Of a stretch of DNA of 64,000 nt, positions 32,162 to 42,877 are shown piece by piece. Source of the DNA: an uncultured Acidobacteriota bacterium (GTDB taxonomy: Bacteria; Acidobacteriota; Blastocatellia; RBC074); NCBI GenBank assembly GCA_963796275.1, contig CAWCKY010000006.1:2176001-2240000 (forward strand), in the 5' to 3' direction. Positions within the stretch are counted from its first letter, which is position 1; each line of letters opens with the position of its first letter. The position numbers and the translations under genes are program-made. The notes under the pieces were generated by a model that saw nothing but the letters and a program-made list of their open reading frames with translations, did no database searches and had not been told where the DNA came from.

Positions 32162-32728
32162 ATGCGAAGGCAGCAGCATGACGAAGTGTGGAAGGGCCTG
32201 GCAGCTGGTGTTGCAGGCGGGCTGGTCGGAGGCTGGGTGATGAACCAGTTTCAGAGCTGGTGGAGCCGGCGGTCGCATGGTATTGAGCGTCCACACGGCG
32301 CGCAGTCTCTCCAACAAGGCTCACCGCAACCGGGGCGCGGCGAACTGCAAATCGCTAATGAAGAAGCGAGTGATAACGCAGCGATACGCGCGGCGAGCGT
32401 CATCTCCGAACGCTTGTTTCATCGCAGCTTGAAGAAAAATGAGAAGGAGCTGGCTGGCGCTGCAAGCCATTATGCCATGAGCGCGGCTTCAGGTGGGATT
32501 TATGGCGCGCTCGCGGAAGTGCAGCCGGTTGCGACCGTTGGGGCTGGTTTGCCATTCGGCGCAGCAGTCTGGGTCATCGCTGACGAATTCGTTGTTCCAG
32601 CGCTCGGTCTTTCGAAGAAGCCGGCTGAATATTCGCTTGCGATTCACGCTTACTCCCTCGCTTCACACCTCGTTTTCGGACTCGCGACCGAGATGAGCCG
32701 GCGCGCTGTCCGTAGCATACTCAAATAA
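32162..32728 (+). CDS. DUF1440-family membrane protein
   Basis: KGLAAGVAGGL...MNQFQ, HY, GLPFGAAVW..ADE..VPALGL and HLVFG. Confidence 0.82.
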   Translation: MRRQQHDEVWKGLAAGVAGGLVGGWVMNQFQSWWSRRSHGIERPHGAQSLQQGSPQPGRGELQIANEEASDNAAIRAASVISERLFHRSLKKNEKELAGAASHYAMSAASGGIYGALAEVQPVATVGAGLPFGAAVWVIADEFVVPALGLSKKPAEYSLAIHAYSLASHLVFGLATEMSRRAVRSILK

Positions 32729-32732
32729 AGTC

Positions 32733-33278
32733 GTGCGATACACTATAGAATCAGATCAGAGCCGGCTCACGATACATGCGTTTGCCAAAGGAATGCTCTC
32801 GGCATTCGGTCACAGCCCGACACTCGCGGTGCGTGGTCTAGCGGGCGAAGTCGACTTTGATGCGGATTCGCCTGGCGAGGCAACTCTCCGGCTGGGGTTC
32901 TCGACCGGATCTCTGGTCGTGCTGGATAATATAGGCGAAACAGATCGTCGCGAGATCGAACGGAAGACGCGCGAAGAAGTCCTGGAGATCGCTCATTTCC
33001 CTGAGGTTGTTTACCGAAGTTTGCAGGTATCGGCACGACCAACGGGAGAAGGGGCTTACAAGGTGGGGTTGAACGGCGAGTTGTCGCTGCACGGCGTCAC
33101 GCGCAATCAGGCCATCGAGGCCAGCGTGCTGGTGGCTCACAACTATTTGCACGCGCGCGGCGAATCGACGATACGGCAGAGCGATTATCGCATCGAGCCG
33201 GTCACCGCTCTCGGCGGCGCCATCAAATTGAAGGACGAACTCGTACTCACCTTCGATATAAAAGCATTTAGTCAGTAA
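32733..33278 (+). CDS. YceI-family (polyisoprenoid-binding) protein, no signal peptide
   Basis: Y.I...S start, FPEV.YRS, GELSLHGVTR and QSDY.I. Confidence 0.85.
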   Translation: MRYTIESDQSRLTIHAFAKGMLSAFGHSPTLAVRGLAGEVDFDADSPGEATLRLGFSTGSLVVLDNIGETDRREIERKTREEVLEIAHFPEVVYRSLQVSARPTGEGAYKVGLNGELSLHGVTRNQAIEASVLVAHNYLHARGESTIRQSDYRIEPVTALGGAIKLKDELVLTFDIKAFSQ

Positions 33279-33311
33279 CCTGGGTCGCAGCCGCGCTGCC
33301 AATGAGAGATT

Positions 33312-33710
33312 ATGCACGAATTATCCATAGCTCTGAGCATCATCGAAGGCGCTGAGGAAGAAGCCGCGCGGCACGGCGGCCAGGTCACCGCTGTGCATCT
33401 CCGGCTCGGTCCGCTATCTGGTGTGGTCAAAGATGCACTGCTCTTCTCTTATGACCTGGCTTCCGAAAACACGCCGCTCGCCGGCTCGCGCCTGGTGATC
33501 GAGGAATCGCCGGTCATCGTCTATTGTTCGCAGTGCGCCGCCGAACGCACGATCGCATCGATCCAATCTTTCTGCTGCCCGGTGTGCGGCGAGCCGGCGC
33601 CTGAAGTCGTGCGGGGAAGAGAATTGGAACTGGTAGCTTTGGAACTTAGCTCATTGGAGATGAAGAATGAATGCCAACTCGCGTCAGCCCCGAATACCCC
33701 GTCTGATTGA
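33312..33710 (+). CDS. hypA: Hydrogenase nickel metallochaperone HypA
   Basis: MHELSIA, CSQC, CPVC and GRELE. Confidence 0.95.
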   Translation: MHELSIALSIIEGAEEEAARHGGQVTAVHLRLGPLSGVVKDALLFSYDLASENTPLAGSRLVIEESPVIVYCSQCAAERTIASIQSFCCPVCGEPAPEVVRGRELELVALELSSLEMKNECQLASAPNTPSD

Positions 33711-34440
33711 GGTCAGGCGGAATGTGCTGAAGCAGAACGATCTGCTGGCCCGCGCGCTGCGCGAGCGTTTCAGCGATGCCGGGGTCTTCGTGGTCAGCAT
33801 CGTTTCAAGCCCCGGCTCCGGCAAGACGACCCTGCTGGAAAAAACGCTCGCTCATTTTCGGAGCGAATGCCGCGTCGCCGCGCTCGTCGGCGATCTGGCG
33901 ACAGACAACGACGCCGCGCGGCTCGCTCGCGCGAATGTTCCGGTCAAACAGATTACCACCGGAACAGTTTGTCACCTCGAAGCCGCGATGGTCGAACGCG
34001 CACTCGATGGCTGGAATCTCGCCGACCTCGATTACCTGTTCATCGAAAACGTCGGCAACCTGGTCTGCCCATCGAGTTATGATCTGGGCGAAGACCTGCG
34101 TCTGACCTTGATGTCTGTCACCGAAGGCGAGGATAAGCCGCTCAAGTACCCGACGATCTTCAACACCGCGGACGCGGCAGTCATCACCAAGATCGATCTG
34201 GCCGAGGCGGTCGAGTTTGATGCAAAGGCTGCTTACCGAAGCATTCAATCGGTCAGACCGGGAATGCAGGTTTTCGAGATTTCGGCGAAATCGGGCCGGG
34301 GTATGGATGAATGGCTGCAATATCTGCGATCGCAGCAAGAGGTGAAGCGAAATGAAGAGAGGATGGGATTCGGACGGGATATGAGGGATGAAACGAAACA
34401 TGATTCCACCCTTAATCCGCTTCCCGATAGCGAGACTTGA
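33667..34440 (+). CDS. hypB: Hydrogenase nickel-incorporation GTPase HypB
   Basis: SSPGSGKT, CHLEA, ENVGNLVCP, EGEDKPLKYP and TKIDL. Confidence 0.95.
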   Translation: MNANSRQPRIPRLIEVRRNVLKQNDLLARALRERFSDAGVFVVSIVSSPGSGKTTLLEKTLAHFRSECRVAALVGDLATDNDAARLARANVPVKQITTGTVCHLEAAMVERALDGWNLADLDYLFIENVGNLVCPSSYDLGEDLRLTLMSVTEGEDKPLKYPTIFNTADAAVITKIDLAEAVEFDAKAAYRSIQSVRPGMQVFEISAKSGRGMDEWLQYLRSQQEVKRNEERMGFGRDMRDETKHDSTLNPLPDSET

Positions 34441-36780
34441 TGGAGACGCGAACGCAAATACTGGTGCGGGGCATCGTGCAGGGAGTAGGGTTTCGGCCTT
34501 ACGTCTTTTCGCTCGCCCGTCAGCGTGTCCTGAGAGGCAGGGTTTTCAATAATTCATATGGCGTCCTGATCGAGGTCGAAGGCGAGGAGCAAGCTATTGA
34601 GCAGTTCGTTAGCGATCTGATCACGTACCTGCCGCCGCTCGCCGTCATCGAGTCGGTCGAGCGCCGCGACGATTTGATCCCCGCCAACTTCGGAGACTTC
34701 CAAATCATCGAGAGCGAAGTATCTGCTGAGAAGTTCGTGCCGATTCCGGCTGACATCGCTACCTGCGACGACTGCCTGCGAGAATTATTCGACCCGCGCG
34801 ATCGGCGGTTCCGCTATCCGTTCATAAACTGCACCAACTGTGGCCCTCGTTTCACGATCATCCAGGACATCCCGTACGACCGCGCGAGAACGACGATGCG
34901 CGAGTTTGTCATGTGCGGCGAGTGTCGGTCAGAGTATGAAAATCCGCACGACCGCCGCTTTCATGCCGAGCCGATCGCCTGTTCCGCCTGCGGCCCGCAA
35001 CTGCGTTTGACCGACGCGCAGGGCCGGGATGTTATGCCTCTTTCGGACTCAATAGACGGCGTCCTCAGCAATACCCGATGCCTGCTCAGCCAGGGGAGGA
35101 TCATCGCCATCAAAGGACTGGGCGGATATCATCTCGCCTGCGATGCGCTCGATACTGAAGCGGTCGAACGTCTGCGCCGCAAGAAGTATCGAGAGGACAA
35201 GCCATTTGCGCTGATGTGCGGCTCCATCGATCTCATCCGGGAGTATTGCGAAATCACGCAGGAAGAAAAAGAGTTGCTTCTGTCAGCGCACCGCCCCATT
35301 GTTCTGCTCGAGAAGAAATCGAGCGCGAAGATTCCGCGGGCAGTCGCTCCCGGCGTGAAAACGCTCGGCTTCATGCTTCCCTACACGCCGCTGCATCATC
35401 TGCTGCTGAAGGATTTGGACGGCCGCTCGTGATGACTAGCGGGAATATTTCGGATGAGCCGATATGTTATGAGGATGGCGAGGCCAGAGGGCGACTGGGC
35501 GAAATTGCCGATTATCTTCCTGTTGCACAACCGGCGCATTCAGATGCGCGATAGATGATTCGGTCGCGCGCGTGCACGCGGGAAGTGTAACTCAGCTTCG
35601 CCGTTCGCGCGGTTATGCGCCGGTGCCGCTCAAGACATCCGTTCGGCTTCAATCGAGCAGATTCTCGCCTGCGGCGCGGAGCTGAAGAACACTTTCTGTC
35701 TGACGCGCGAGCGACCACGCGTTCATCAGCCATCACATCGGCGATCTGGAGAATCTGGAGACCTTCGCTCATTTACGAACGGCATCGAGCATTTCAAGCG
35801 GCTCTTCGACCTTCAACCGGAAGTCGTCGCTTACGATCTGCATCCCGAATATCTCTCGACGAAATACGCGCTGTCGCTGCGATGAATCGTGCTTAAGATC
35901 GGCGTCCAGCATCATCACGCGCACATCGCGAGTTGCATGGCGGACAACGGTTTCGATGGCGAAGTCATCGGCGTGGCAATGGACGGACTCGGATTCGGCG
36001 AGGATGGCCGGTTCTGGGGCGGCGAGTTCTTCGTCGCCGATTATGCGACTGCCCGGCGCATCGCGCATCTGGCCTACGTGCCGATGCCTGGCGGCGCGAA
36101 AGCGATTCGCGAGCCGTGGCGGATGGCCGCGGTTTACCTTCACCGCGCGCTTGGCGATGAGTTCCTTCATTCTGGATTTGCCATTCGTGCAGCGGCTGAA
36201 TCGGCGGGCCTGGTGCGATGCTTAAACAGATGGCGGCCCGCGGCATCAACAGCCCTGAAACATCGAGCATGGGCAGGCTTTTCGACGCCGTGGCGAGCTT
36301 GCTCGGCGTGAGGGACGCGGTCAACTATGAAGGCCAGGCGGCGATCGAGCTGGAAGCGATGGCCGTCTGTGATGGCGAGCTCGGTTATGAATTTGAGTTC
36401 GATGCGACGCGCGGTATCATCGAGGCCGAACCGGTGATCCGGCAGATCGCAGCCGACCTGCTCGACGGCGTAACGGCTGAGGTGATATCGGCAAGGTTTC
36501 ATCGGGGTGTGGCGAAAAATGATAGAAATCGTAGCGCGTCGAATCAGGGAGCAGCAGGCGGCTGAACCGGGTGGCGCTGTCAGGCGGGGTATTTCAGAAC
36601 ATGTTGTTGCTGGAAATTACCAGTAAATTGCTGAGCGCCGCAGGCTTCGAGGTCTTCACTCATCACCGCGTGCCGCCGGGCGATGGCGGCATTGCTCTCG
36701 GTCAGGCGGCCGTCGCCAACGCCCGTCTCGCGTCCGACAAGCTTCTTTTAGACTTTCGGCTTCCGGAGAGGATCGAATCA
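34440..36780 (+). pseudogene. hypF: Carbamoyltransferase HypF, broken by many frameshifts as assembled (probably sequencing error); end approximate
   Basis: GIVQGVGFRP, CxxC zinc fingers and IKGLGGYHL in ORF 34437-35432. [33 protein letters not shown] and GDGGIALGQ follow in successive different frames. Confidence 0.9.
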
Positions 36781-37046
36781 TGTGCTTGGCGATACCTGGA
36801 AAGATCGTCGAGATCGTGGACGACGCGAACCGAATCGTTAAAGTCGATGTCGGCGGAGTTCGGCGAAACATCAATGTCGGAATGCTCGACCCGCATGAAG
36901 CGCAGGTCGGCGATTACGTGTTGATTCACGTGGGTTTTGCAATGAGCCGAATTGACGAGCGAGAAGCGGAAGAGACGCTGCGGCTGCTGAGAGAGCTGGG
37001 TTCTTACGAGGAAGAGTTTGATCAGTTCAAGGGCTCGATGAGCTGA
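36780..37046 (+). CDS. hypC: Hydrogenase maturation chaperone HypC
   Basis: MCLAIPG and [11 protein letters not shown]. Confidence 0.95.
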   Translation: MCLAIPGKIVEIVDDANRIVKVDVGGVRRNINVGMLDPHEAQVGDYVLIHVGFAMSRIDEREAEETLRLLRELGSYEEEFDQFKGSMS

Positions 37047-37058
37047 GGGCTGCGACCG

Positions 37059-37756
37059 ATGACCAGGCCAGTAGACCAATTTTCGCGAGCATTTTATCCG
37101 TTTCTGCACGCTGACGATCGCGCGCCACGGGAATTGATGGAAGACCTGCGCTTATCGCTGCTGGAGAAGGCGCGGGAGAGCGTCGAGGTGAAGAGCCGTT
37201 TCTTTGCCGAGCAACAGGAGACGATTCTGCAGCTCGCGCAGAAGTTGGCGCAGGCTTTTCATCGCGGGCGCAAGCTGCTTCGTATGCGGCAACGGCGGAT
37301 CGGCTACCGACGCGCAGCACATCGCCGTCGAGTTCATGCACCCGATCACGGTGGGCCGCAAAGCGCTGCCGGCGATCTGCCTCAACAACGACATGGCGAT
37401 GGTCACGGCGGTGGCCAACGATGTCGGATTTGCCGATGTCTTCGCGCGCCAGATCATCGCGCTCGGCGGTGAGGGCGACGTGCTGCTCGCCATTTCGACC
37501 AGCGGCAACTCGGAGAACCTGATGCATGCTTTTGCAGACGGCGCGGCGGTTGAAGCTCGTCACCATCGGCTTTGCGGGCGGCGACGGCGGCAGAATGGCT
37601 GCCATGCACGAACGGGGCTTGATCGATTATTGCCTGACTGTGCCGACTTCGAGCATTCACCGCATGCAGGAGACACACGTCACGCTCTATCACATAATGT
37701 GGGACATGGTGCATGAAATATTGCCGCATCGGTTGTTGCTGAGCGACCCGGCATAA
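37059..37756 (+). pseudogene. SIS-domain protein (GmhA/phosphoheptose isomerase-like), split over three frames
   Basis: GRKLL | CGNGGSATDAQH...ANDVGF...ISTSGNSEN | GGDGG...IHRMQETH, with frameshifts near 37280 and 37535. Confidence 0.85.
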
Positions 37757-37843
37757 CACTTAATCGCGGTCAGCTTTGTCCGGGAGGGGTGATGACAATC
37801 CGGTAACAGCGCCGTGACATTTCGATTCAGGGAAGGAGGCAAT

Positions 37844-38961
37844 ATGAAGTTCATCGACGAATATCGCGAAGGTGAGATTGCGGTAAGACTGGCAGAGCAG
37901 ATAGCGAAGATGACATCGCAACCGCTCAAGCTGATGGAGGTCTGCGGCGGCCACACGCACACGATCTTCAAGTACGGTATCGAAGATTTGCTGCCGCCCA
38001 ATATCGAGATGATCCATGGCCCGGGCTGCCCGGTCTGCGTGATCCCGCTGGGCCGCGTGGACGATGCGATTTCGATTGCGCTCAGGAGCGACGTCATTTT
38101 TACGACATTCGGCGACATGATGCGCGTGCCCGGATCAAAGACTTCGCTCCTGAAGGCGAAGGCCGAAGGGGCGGATGTGCGGATGGTCTATTCGCCGCTC
38201 GATGCGCTCAAGATCGCGCAACAAAATCCGGCGCGGCAAGTGGTCTTTCTGGCGCTCGGCTTCGAAACGACAGCGCCCTCGACAGCGCTGACTTTGATAC
38301 AGGCGGCGAAGGACGGGGTCGAGAACTTCAGCGTCTTCTGCAATCACATCATGATCGTGCCTGCGCTGAAAGCCATGCTCGATTCGCCCGACCTCAGGCT
38401 CGATGGCTTCGTCGGCCCGGGACACGTAAGCACGGTGATCGGCACGCGTCCCTATGAATTCGTGCCGCAGGAATACGGCAAGCCGCTCGTCGTCTCCGGC
38501 TTCGAGCCGCTCGACGTGCTGCAGTCGGTGTACATGATCGTGAAACAGATCGTCGAAGGCCGCGCGGAAGTCGAAAATCAATACGGGCGGGCAGTCCGGC
38601 GCGAAGGCAACCAGCGGGCGCTGGAGGCGCTCTGCGAGGTATTCGAGCCGCGCGAATATTTCGAGTGGCGCGGCCTCGGCTCGATCGCGCACAGCGGGAT
38701 GAAGCTGCGGGGCGAATACGCCGCCTTCGATGCCGAAGTGAAATATTCGATGCCCGGGTTGCGCGTCGCCGACCCAAAGGCCTGCCAGTGCGGCGAGATT
38801 TTGAAAGGCGTCAAGAAACCGTGGGAGTGCAAAGTCTTCGGCACGGCCTGCACGCCGGAAACGCCCATCGGTTCGTGCATGGTATCGAGCGAAGGCGCGT
38901 GCGCGGCCTATTACAACTTCGGCCGTCTATCGAAGATCGCCCATCGCGTGAGGTTAAAAAT
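37844..38961 (+). CDS. hypD: Hydrogenase maturation protein HypD (stop codon not present as assembled; end approximate)
   Basis: MEVCGGHTH, GPGCPVC, GFETT, PGHVS and CMVSSEGACAAYY. Confidence 0.92.
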
Positions 38962-40060
38962 ATGTCCAATCCCTTCACACCCTCACCTCTCTTTGAGCGC
39001 GTCGAGCGCGTGCGACGGCGGAAGCCTCGAGTCAAAGATGATTTCATCACCCTCTCGCACGGCAGCGGGGGCAAGGCGATGCACGAACTTATTGAGGGCT
39101 TGTTCCTCGACTACTTCTCCAACCCGCTGCTCGCTCCGCTCGAAGACCAGGCCGTGTTCGAGATCGCCAAAGGTAGGCGTCGCTTTCACGACCGATTCAT
39201 ATGTCGTAACGCCGCTCTTCTTTCCCGGCGGCGATATCGGGCGCCTCGCCGTCAGCGGCACGGTTAACGATCTGGCGATGAGCGGCGCTCGCCCGCTATA
39301 TCTTTCCGCCGGCTTCATCCTTGAAGAAGGTTTCCCCGTGATCGACCTCAAGTGCATCCTCGCATCAATGAGCGCAACGGCTGCGGAGGCCGGCGTGCAG
39401 ATAGTCACCGGCGACACGAAGGTCGTGCAGAAAGGCGGCGCCGATAAAATCTTCATCAATACATCAGGCATCGGACTGATCGAACAGCGCGCCGATATCT
39501 CGGTGGCAAGCGCCAAAATCGGAGATAAAGTGATAGTGAGCGGCTCAATCGGAGATCACGGCACTACGATTATGATTGCGCGCGGCGAGTTGGAGCTGGA
39601 GACCGAGATCGAAAGCGACGCTGCGCCTCTCAATTCGCTGGTCGCCGACATGCTCGATGAAGCCGCGCGCATCGATGCCCCCGGCGCGATCCATTGTCTG
39701 CGCGACCCGACGCGCGGCGGCGTGGCGACCACGCTCAATGAAATCGCCCTCAGTTCCGAAGTTTGTCTGCAAATCGAAGAATCACTGCTTCCCGTTCGCG
39801 AAGAGGTCAAGGGCGCATGCGAGATTCTCGGGCTCGATCCGCTTTATGTCGCCAACGAAGGCAAGCTCGTAGCATTGGTCGCGCCAGAGGTGGCGGACGC
39901 GGTATTAGAGCGGATGCGCAATCACCCGTTGGGCCGCGCAGCTCGCATCATCGGAGAGGCGAAAGCGGAACCGCCCGGCATCGTCGTCTTGCGGACGGCT
40001 TTCGGCGGTTCGCGCATCGTAGACTTGCTGGTCGGCGAACAATTGCCGCGCATCTGTTAG
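38962..40060 (+). CDS. hypE: Carbamoyl dehydratase HypE (frameshift near 39175)
   Basis: The N-terminus MSNPF...ITLSHGSGG...LEDQA is in a different frame from FTTDSYVV, GTVNDLAM, GDTKVV, RDPTRGG and C-terminal PRIC. Confidence 0.92.
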
Positions 40061-40125
40061 CTCCCTCTCTCTCGCAATTTTATGCGCGGAGAAGGCGCAT
40101 TGTATCTTCAATCCTACGCTCTCTA

Positions 40126-40178
40126 TTATTGAGCTTCAGGCAATCGGTTTTACAAAGTTTGCCTGCTTCGGTTCCGCC
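40126..40178. repeat. 53-bp sequence repeated (direct) at 59927-59979
   Basis: 49/53 identity by manual alignment. Confidence 0.85.
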
Positions 40179-40249
40179 ACATATGGGTGTAAGCCGGCGG
40201 TTCAATGCCTCGTCATTGCCCAAACTTTCGCACGAAATGTACACATTCT

Positions 40250-40535
40250 TCGTCGCGTAGCGACGGCGTGAATGTAGCCGTGCGTTTTAACGCACGGAAA
40301 GCCAGTAAAACGCTCCGCGTCGCGTCAGCGACGGTTGAGTCAAGCGTCGCTGACGCGATGCGGGGACAATCTCACATGTCTACCGTGGGTTGAACCTTGT
40401 CGTTACCCAAACTTTGCGCTAATGGATATCCGCCCCGTTGGGGTGGAGTTCGTATATCCAAAAGAGTAAAAGTTTGATGGGTAATGACAAGGGGTTGAAA
40501 CCCACGCCTACATTCACGTCGTCGCTATGCGACGA
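40250..40535. repeat. REPIN-like element (CGTCGCGTAGCGACG / GTAGCCGTG...CACGG family) carrying a nested insertion
   Basis: Inverted CGTCGC..GCGACG palindromes and GTAG-led hairpins at both ends. Confidence 0.7.
40395..40492. mobile_element. 98-bp MITE-like insertion with terminal inverted repeats and 7-bp target duplication
   Basis: CCTTGTCGTTACCCAAACTTT ... AAAGTTTGATGGGTAATGACAAGG, flanked by GGTTGAA on both sides. Confidence 0.7.
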
Positions 40536-40941
40536 TGGATGCCGGTGCCGGCATTGAAAGGCTGTATTAGATTTCACCCCGGATGCTAAGCGGCAAATCG
40601 GCATGGGCGTTAAACAACCCGGGTGATTGTATAAAAACAGAATCCGGATATTATCTCTCGCTCTTTCCAATATACCGACTCGTCAGAAGTTCACTGAAAG
40701 TTGGCAGTGGACAGTAAGCAGTAAGGTAGGTTACAACTGCCCAATCCGTTATCCGCGGAGTCATTCGTTTCATGGCAAATCTGTTGGCGTTCTTAAAGCG
40801 TCACCTTACGTGGCGGCATGGCGTAGCACTTAATCCATCAGAGATCGGAATTTGAGTAGATGGATCGAGGAATAGCTGAGAAGGTAATGTCAGAAGGCTG
40901 GCAGATAAAGCGATAGATAGCTAACAACCGAGGAGCGAACT

Positions 40942-41637
40942 ATGAGCGACGAAGAAAGAATCGTTCACAACACGGCGGAAGATCAGGAGTGGGCCGATCT
41001 GCTATCGCCAGCGCGGCGCAAGATAATAGTGAGCGCCGGCCTGACAGCGGCGGGCCTCACTGCCGGTAGCATCGTGGCAGCTGGTCAGGAGGTAGTCGCG
41101 CCCGGCAATTCATCATTCAAGCCAATCGTTCCCCCGCCCGACGTGGGGAAAAGTCCGTGGGGATATGAGACATACAAGGAACCCACGCCTCGGCCGCGGA
41201 GCGTGCGACCGGGAGAGGAGAATGGCTTGCCCAAAACGCCGCGCCCGTACACCGAGATCAAAAGTTATCACGCGCATTTCTATTTCGACGATGACACCTA
41301 CGAGAGGGCTGTTTTGGTGCGCATGTGGGCGGTGGAGCGCTTCCCGGTAGAGTTGGGCAATTGGAACCTGGAACCGCGCGGACCACACGTGACTCCATCA
41401 TTCTATTTTGGTTTCACCAACGACCTGTTGCCGATCATCGTTCCGTGGTTGCAACTCAACAGCCTCGGATTAACCATCCTGTTGCATCCCAACACAGATG
41501 ATCCGCGTGCCGATCACCTGTATTACACGTTGTGGGTCAATCGATCACAGCCGGTGAACGCATACAACATGCCCAAGCGAGCGAGCGTAGAGAAGATTTT
41601 CCCCAATACCAGGCCCACCGTGAAACTGGAGACCTGA
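40942..41637 (+). CDS. DOPA 4,5-dioxygenase-family protein with twin-arginine-like leader
   Basis: SYHAHFYF, GPH, VPWLQLN and LHPNT...DH. N-terminal ARRKII plus a hydrophobic stretch. Confidence 0.8.
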   Translation: MSDEERIVHNTAEDQEWADLLSPARRKIIVSAGLTAAGLTAGSIVAAGQEVVAPGNSSFKPIVPPPDVGKSPWGYETYKEPTPRPRSVRPGEENGLPKTPRPYTEIKSYHAHFYFDDDTYERAVLVRMWAVERFPVELGNWNLEPRGPHVTPSFYFGFTNDLLPIIVPWLQLNSLGLTILLHPNTDDPRADHLYYTLWVNRSQPVNAYNMPKRASVEKIFPNTRPTVKLET

Positions 41638-41803
41638 TTATCGTCGATTGAAAATTCCTGATGTGAACCACGCAATCTGTAAGCGCCAATGGTGCGGAAC
41701 CGCTACAGCTTCGGTAAAAAAATTGCAAAGCCCTAGTGATTTTTAGTCAGAGACCTGTGTCGAAACGCTGAACGGGAAAAAAGGGCTGGCCGGATAATTC
41801 TGG

Positions 41804-42106
41804 TTATTTGCGAATTTTGGCTTTTGGCAATTGCAAGCGATTTTGCAATTCGGAGATGTATTCGCTCATTGTGTCGGTATTGGCACACCAATATTTAAAC
41901 TGCCCTTCATTGCGAGAGTCGAGTAATCCGGCTTCGGTCAGTTCCTTCAAGTGATGCGAGACGGTCGCCTGCGAGATGGGGAACTCGTCACAAATCGCGC
42001 CGCAGCACATCTCTTCGCCTCCCGTCGTCGCGATCTTCTGATAAATCTCGAACCGTCGCGGATCTGCAAGCGCCCTGGCTATTTTTTGAAATCGTTTATT
42101 GTCCAT
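41804..42106 (-). CDS. ArsR/SmtB-family transcriptional regulator
   Basis: ALADPRR, EMCCGAIC and SQATVSHHLKEL..AGL. Confidence 0.9.
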   Translation of the reverse strand: MDNKRFQKIARALADPRRFEIYQKIATTGGEEMCCGAICDEFPISQATVSHHLKELTEAGLLDSRNEGQFKYWCANTDTMSEYISELQNRLQLPKAKIRK

Positions 42107-42353
42107 CGGCGTCAATCATATTCTGATAGACAAATTGACAGATATCGATATGCTTGTCAAACATCGGTCCTAAAAATGTTTCATCGCCACTTGCCGCCGT
42201 AAATGCAGCGGAACCATTGTTTTGCGAGTTTGCGCCAGCCTGCGCGAAGCTTTCATGAAATAAGCAAGAATCTGGAAGTCGTATCTCCCTTGCACTGATA
42301 GGATCCTCATCGGACATCGCTGTACCGGATGTCTCGATAAAATCGGGGGTCAT

Positions 42354-42752
42354 ATGTCACAAGAAAATATCACCGTGATAAACAGAATTTACGAAGCTTT
42401 CGGCAGTCGCGATTTCGACGCCGTCCTCGAACATTTTGGTCCGAAGATAGAATGGGTCGCTGCGGTCAATTCTCCGTTGGCGGATCGCAGCCCGTATCGC
42501 GGATTGCAGGAGGTTCGCGAAGGCGTATTTATGCGGATTGCCGAAGGTTTCGAGCGGCTCACTGTCAAAATAGACGAGCTATTCGAGGCGGGCGATAGAG
42601 TCGTCGCCTTGGGGTTCTACGACGGCGTTTACCGAGCGAATGGGAAGCAGTTTCAGGCGCAGGTGGCCCACATTTGGACGCTCGCGAATGGCAAAGCCGT
42701 AAAATTTCAGCAATATGTCGATACGTTTCAATTGGCCGAATCTTTCAAGTAG
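42354..42752 (+). CDS. SnoaL-like / NTF2-family protein
   Basis: YEAF...D, GDRVV, AHIWT and FQQYVDT. Confidence 0.85.
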   Translation: MSQENITVINRIYEAFGSRDFDAVLEHFGPKIEWVAAVNSPLADRSPYRGLQEVREGVFMRIAEGFERLTVKIDELFEAGDRVVALGFYDGVYRANGKQFQAQVAHIWTLANGKAVKFQQYVDTFQLAESFK

Positions 42753-42877
42753 CTTCCCCTGGATATAGTTGGCCAGTGCTGTCTGGAAAATGCAGCGAAA
42801 AATAAGATAATCTTTTATTATTCGTGGCGGCCGGGTCTGCATAAAGGCCCAAATCCAGAAAGGGGAAGAAAAATGAG

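Noticed and set aside
37814-40060. Novel HypD-HypE fusion protein (748-aa ORF)
   Set aside because: The true HypE N-terminus (ITLSHGSGG) lies in another frame from 38962, and the apparent linker is out-of-frame sequence. The fusion arises from compensating indels.
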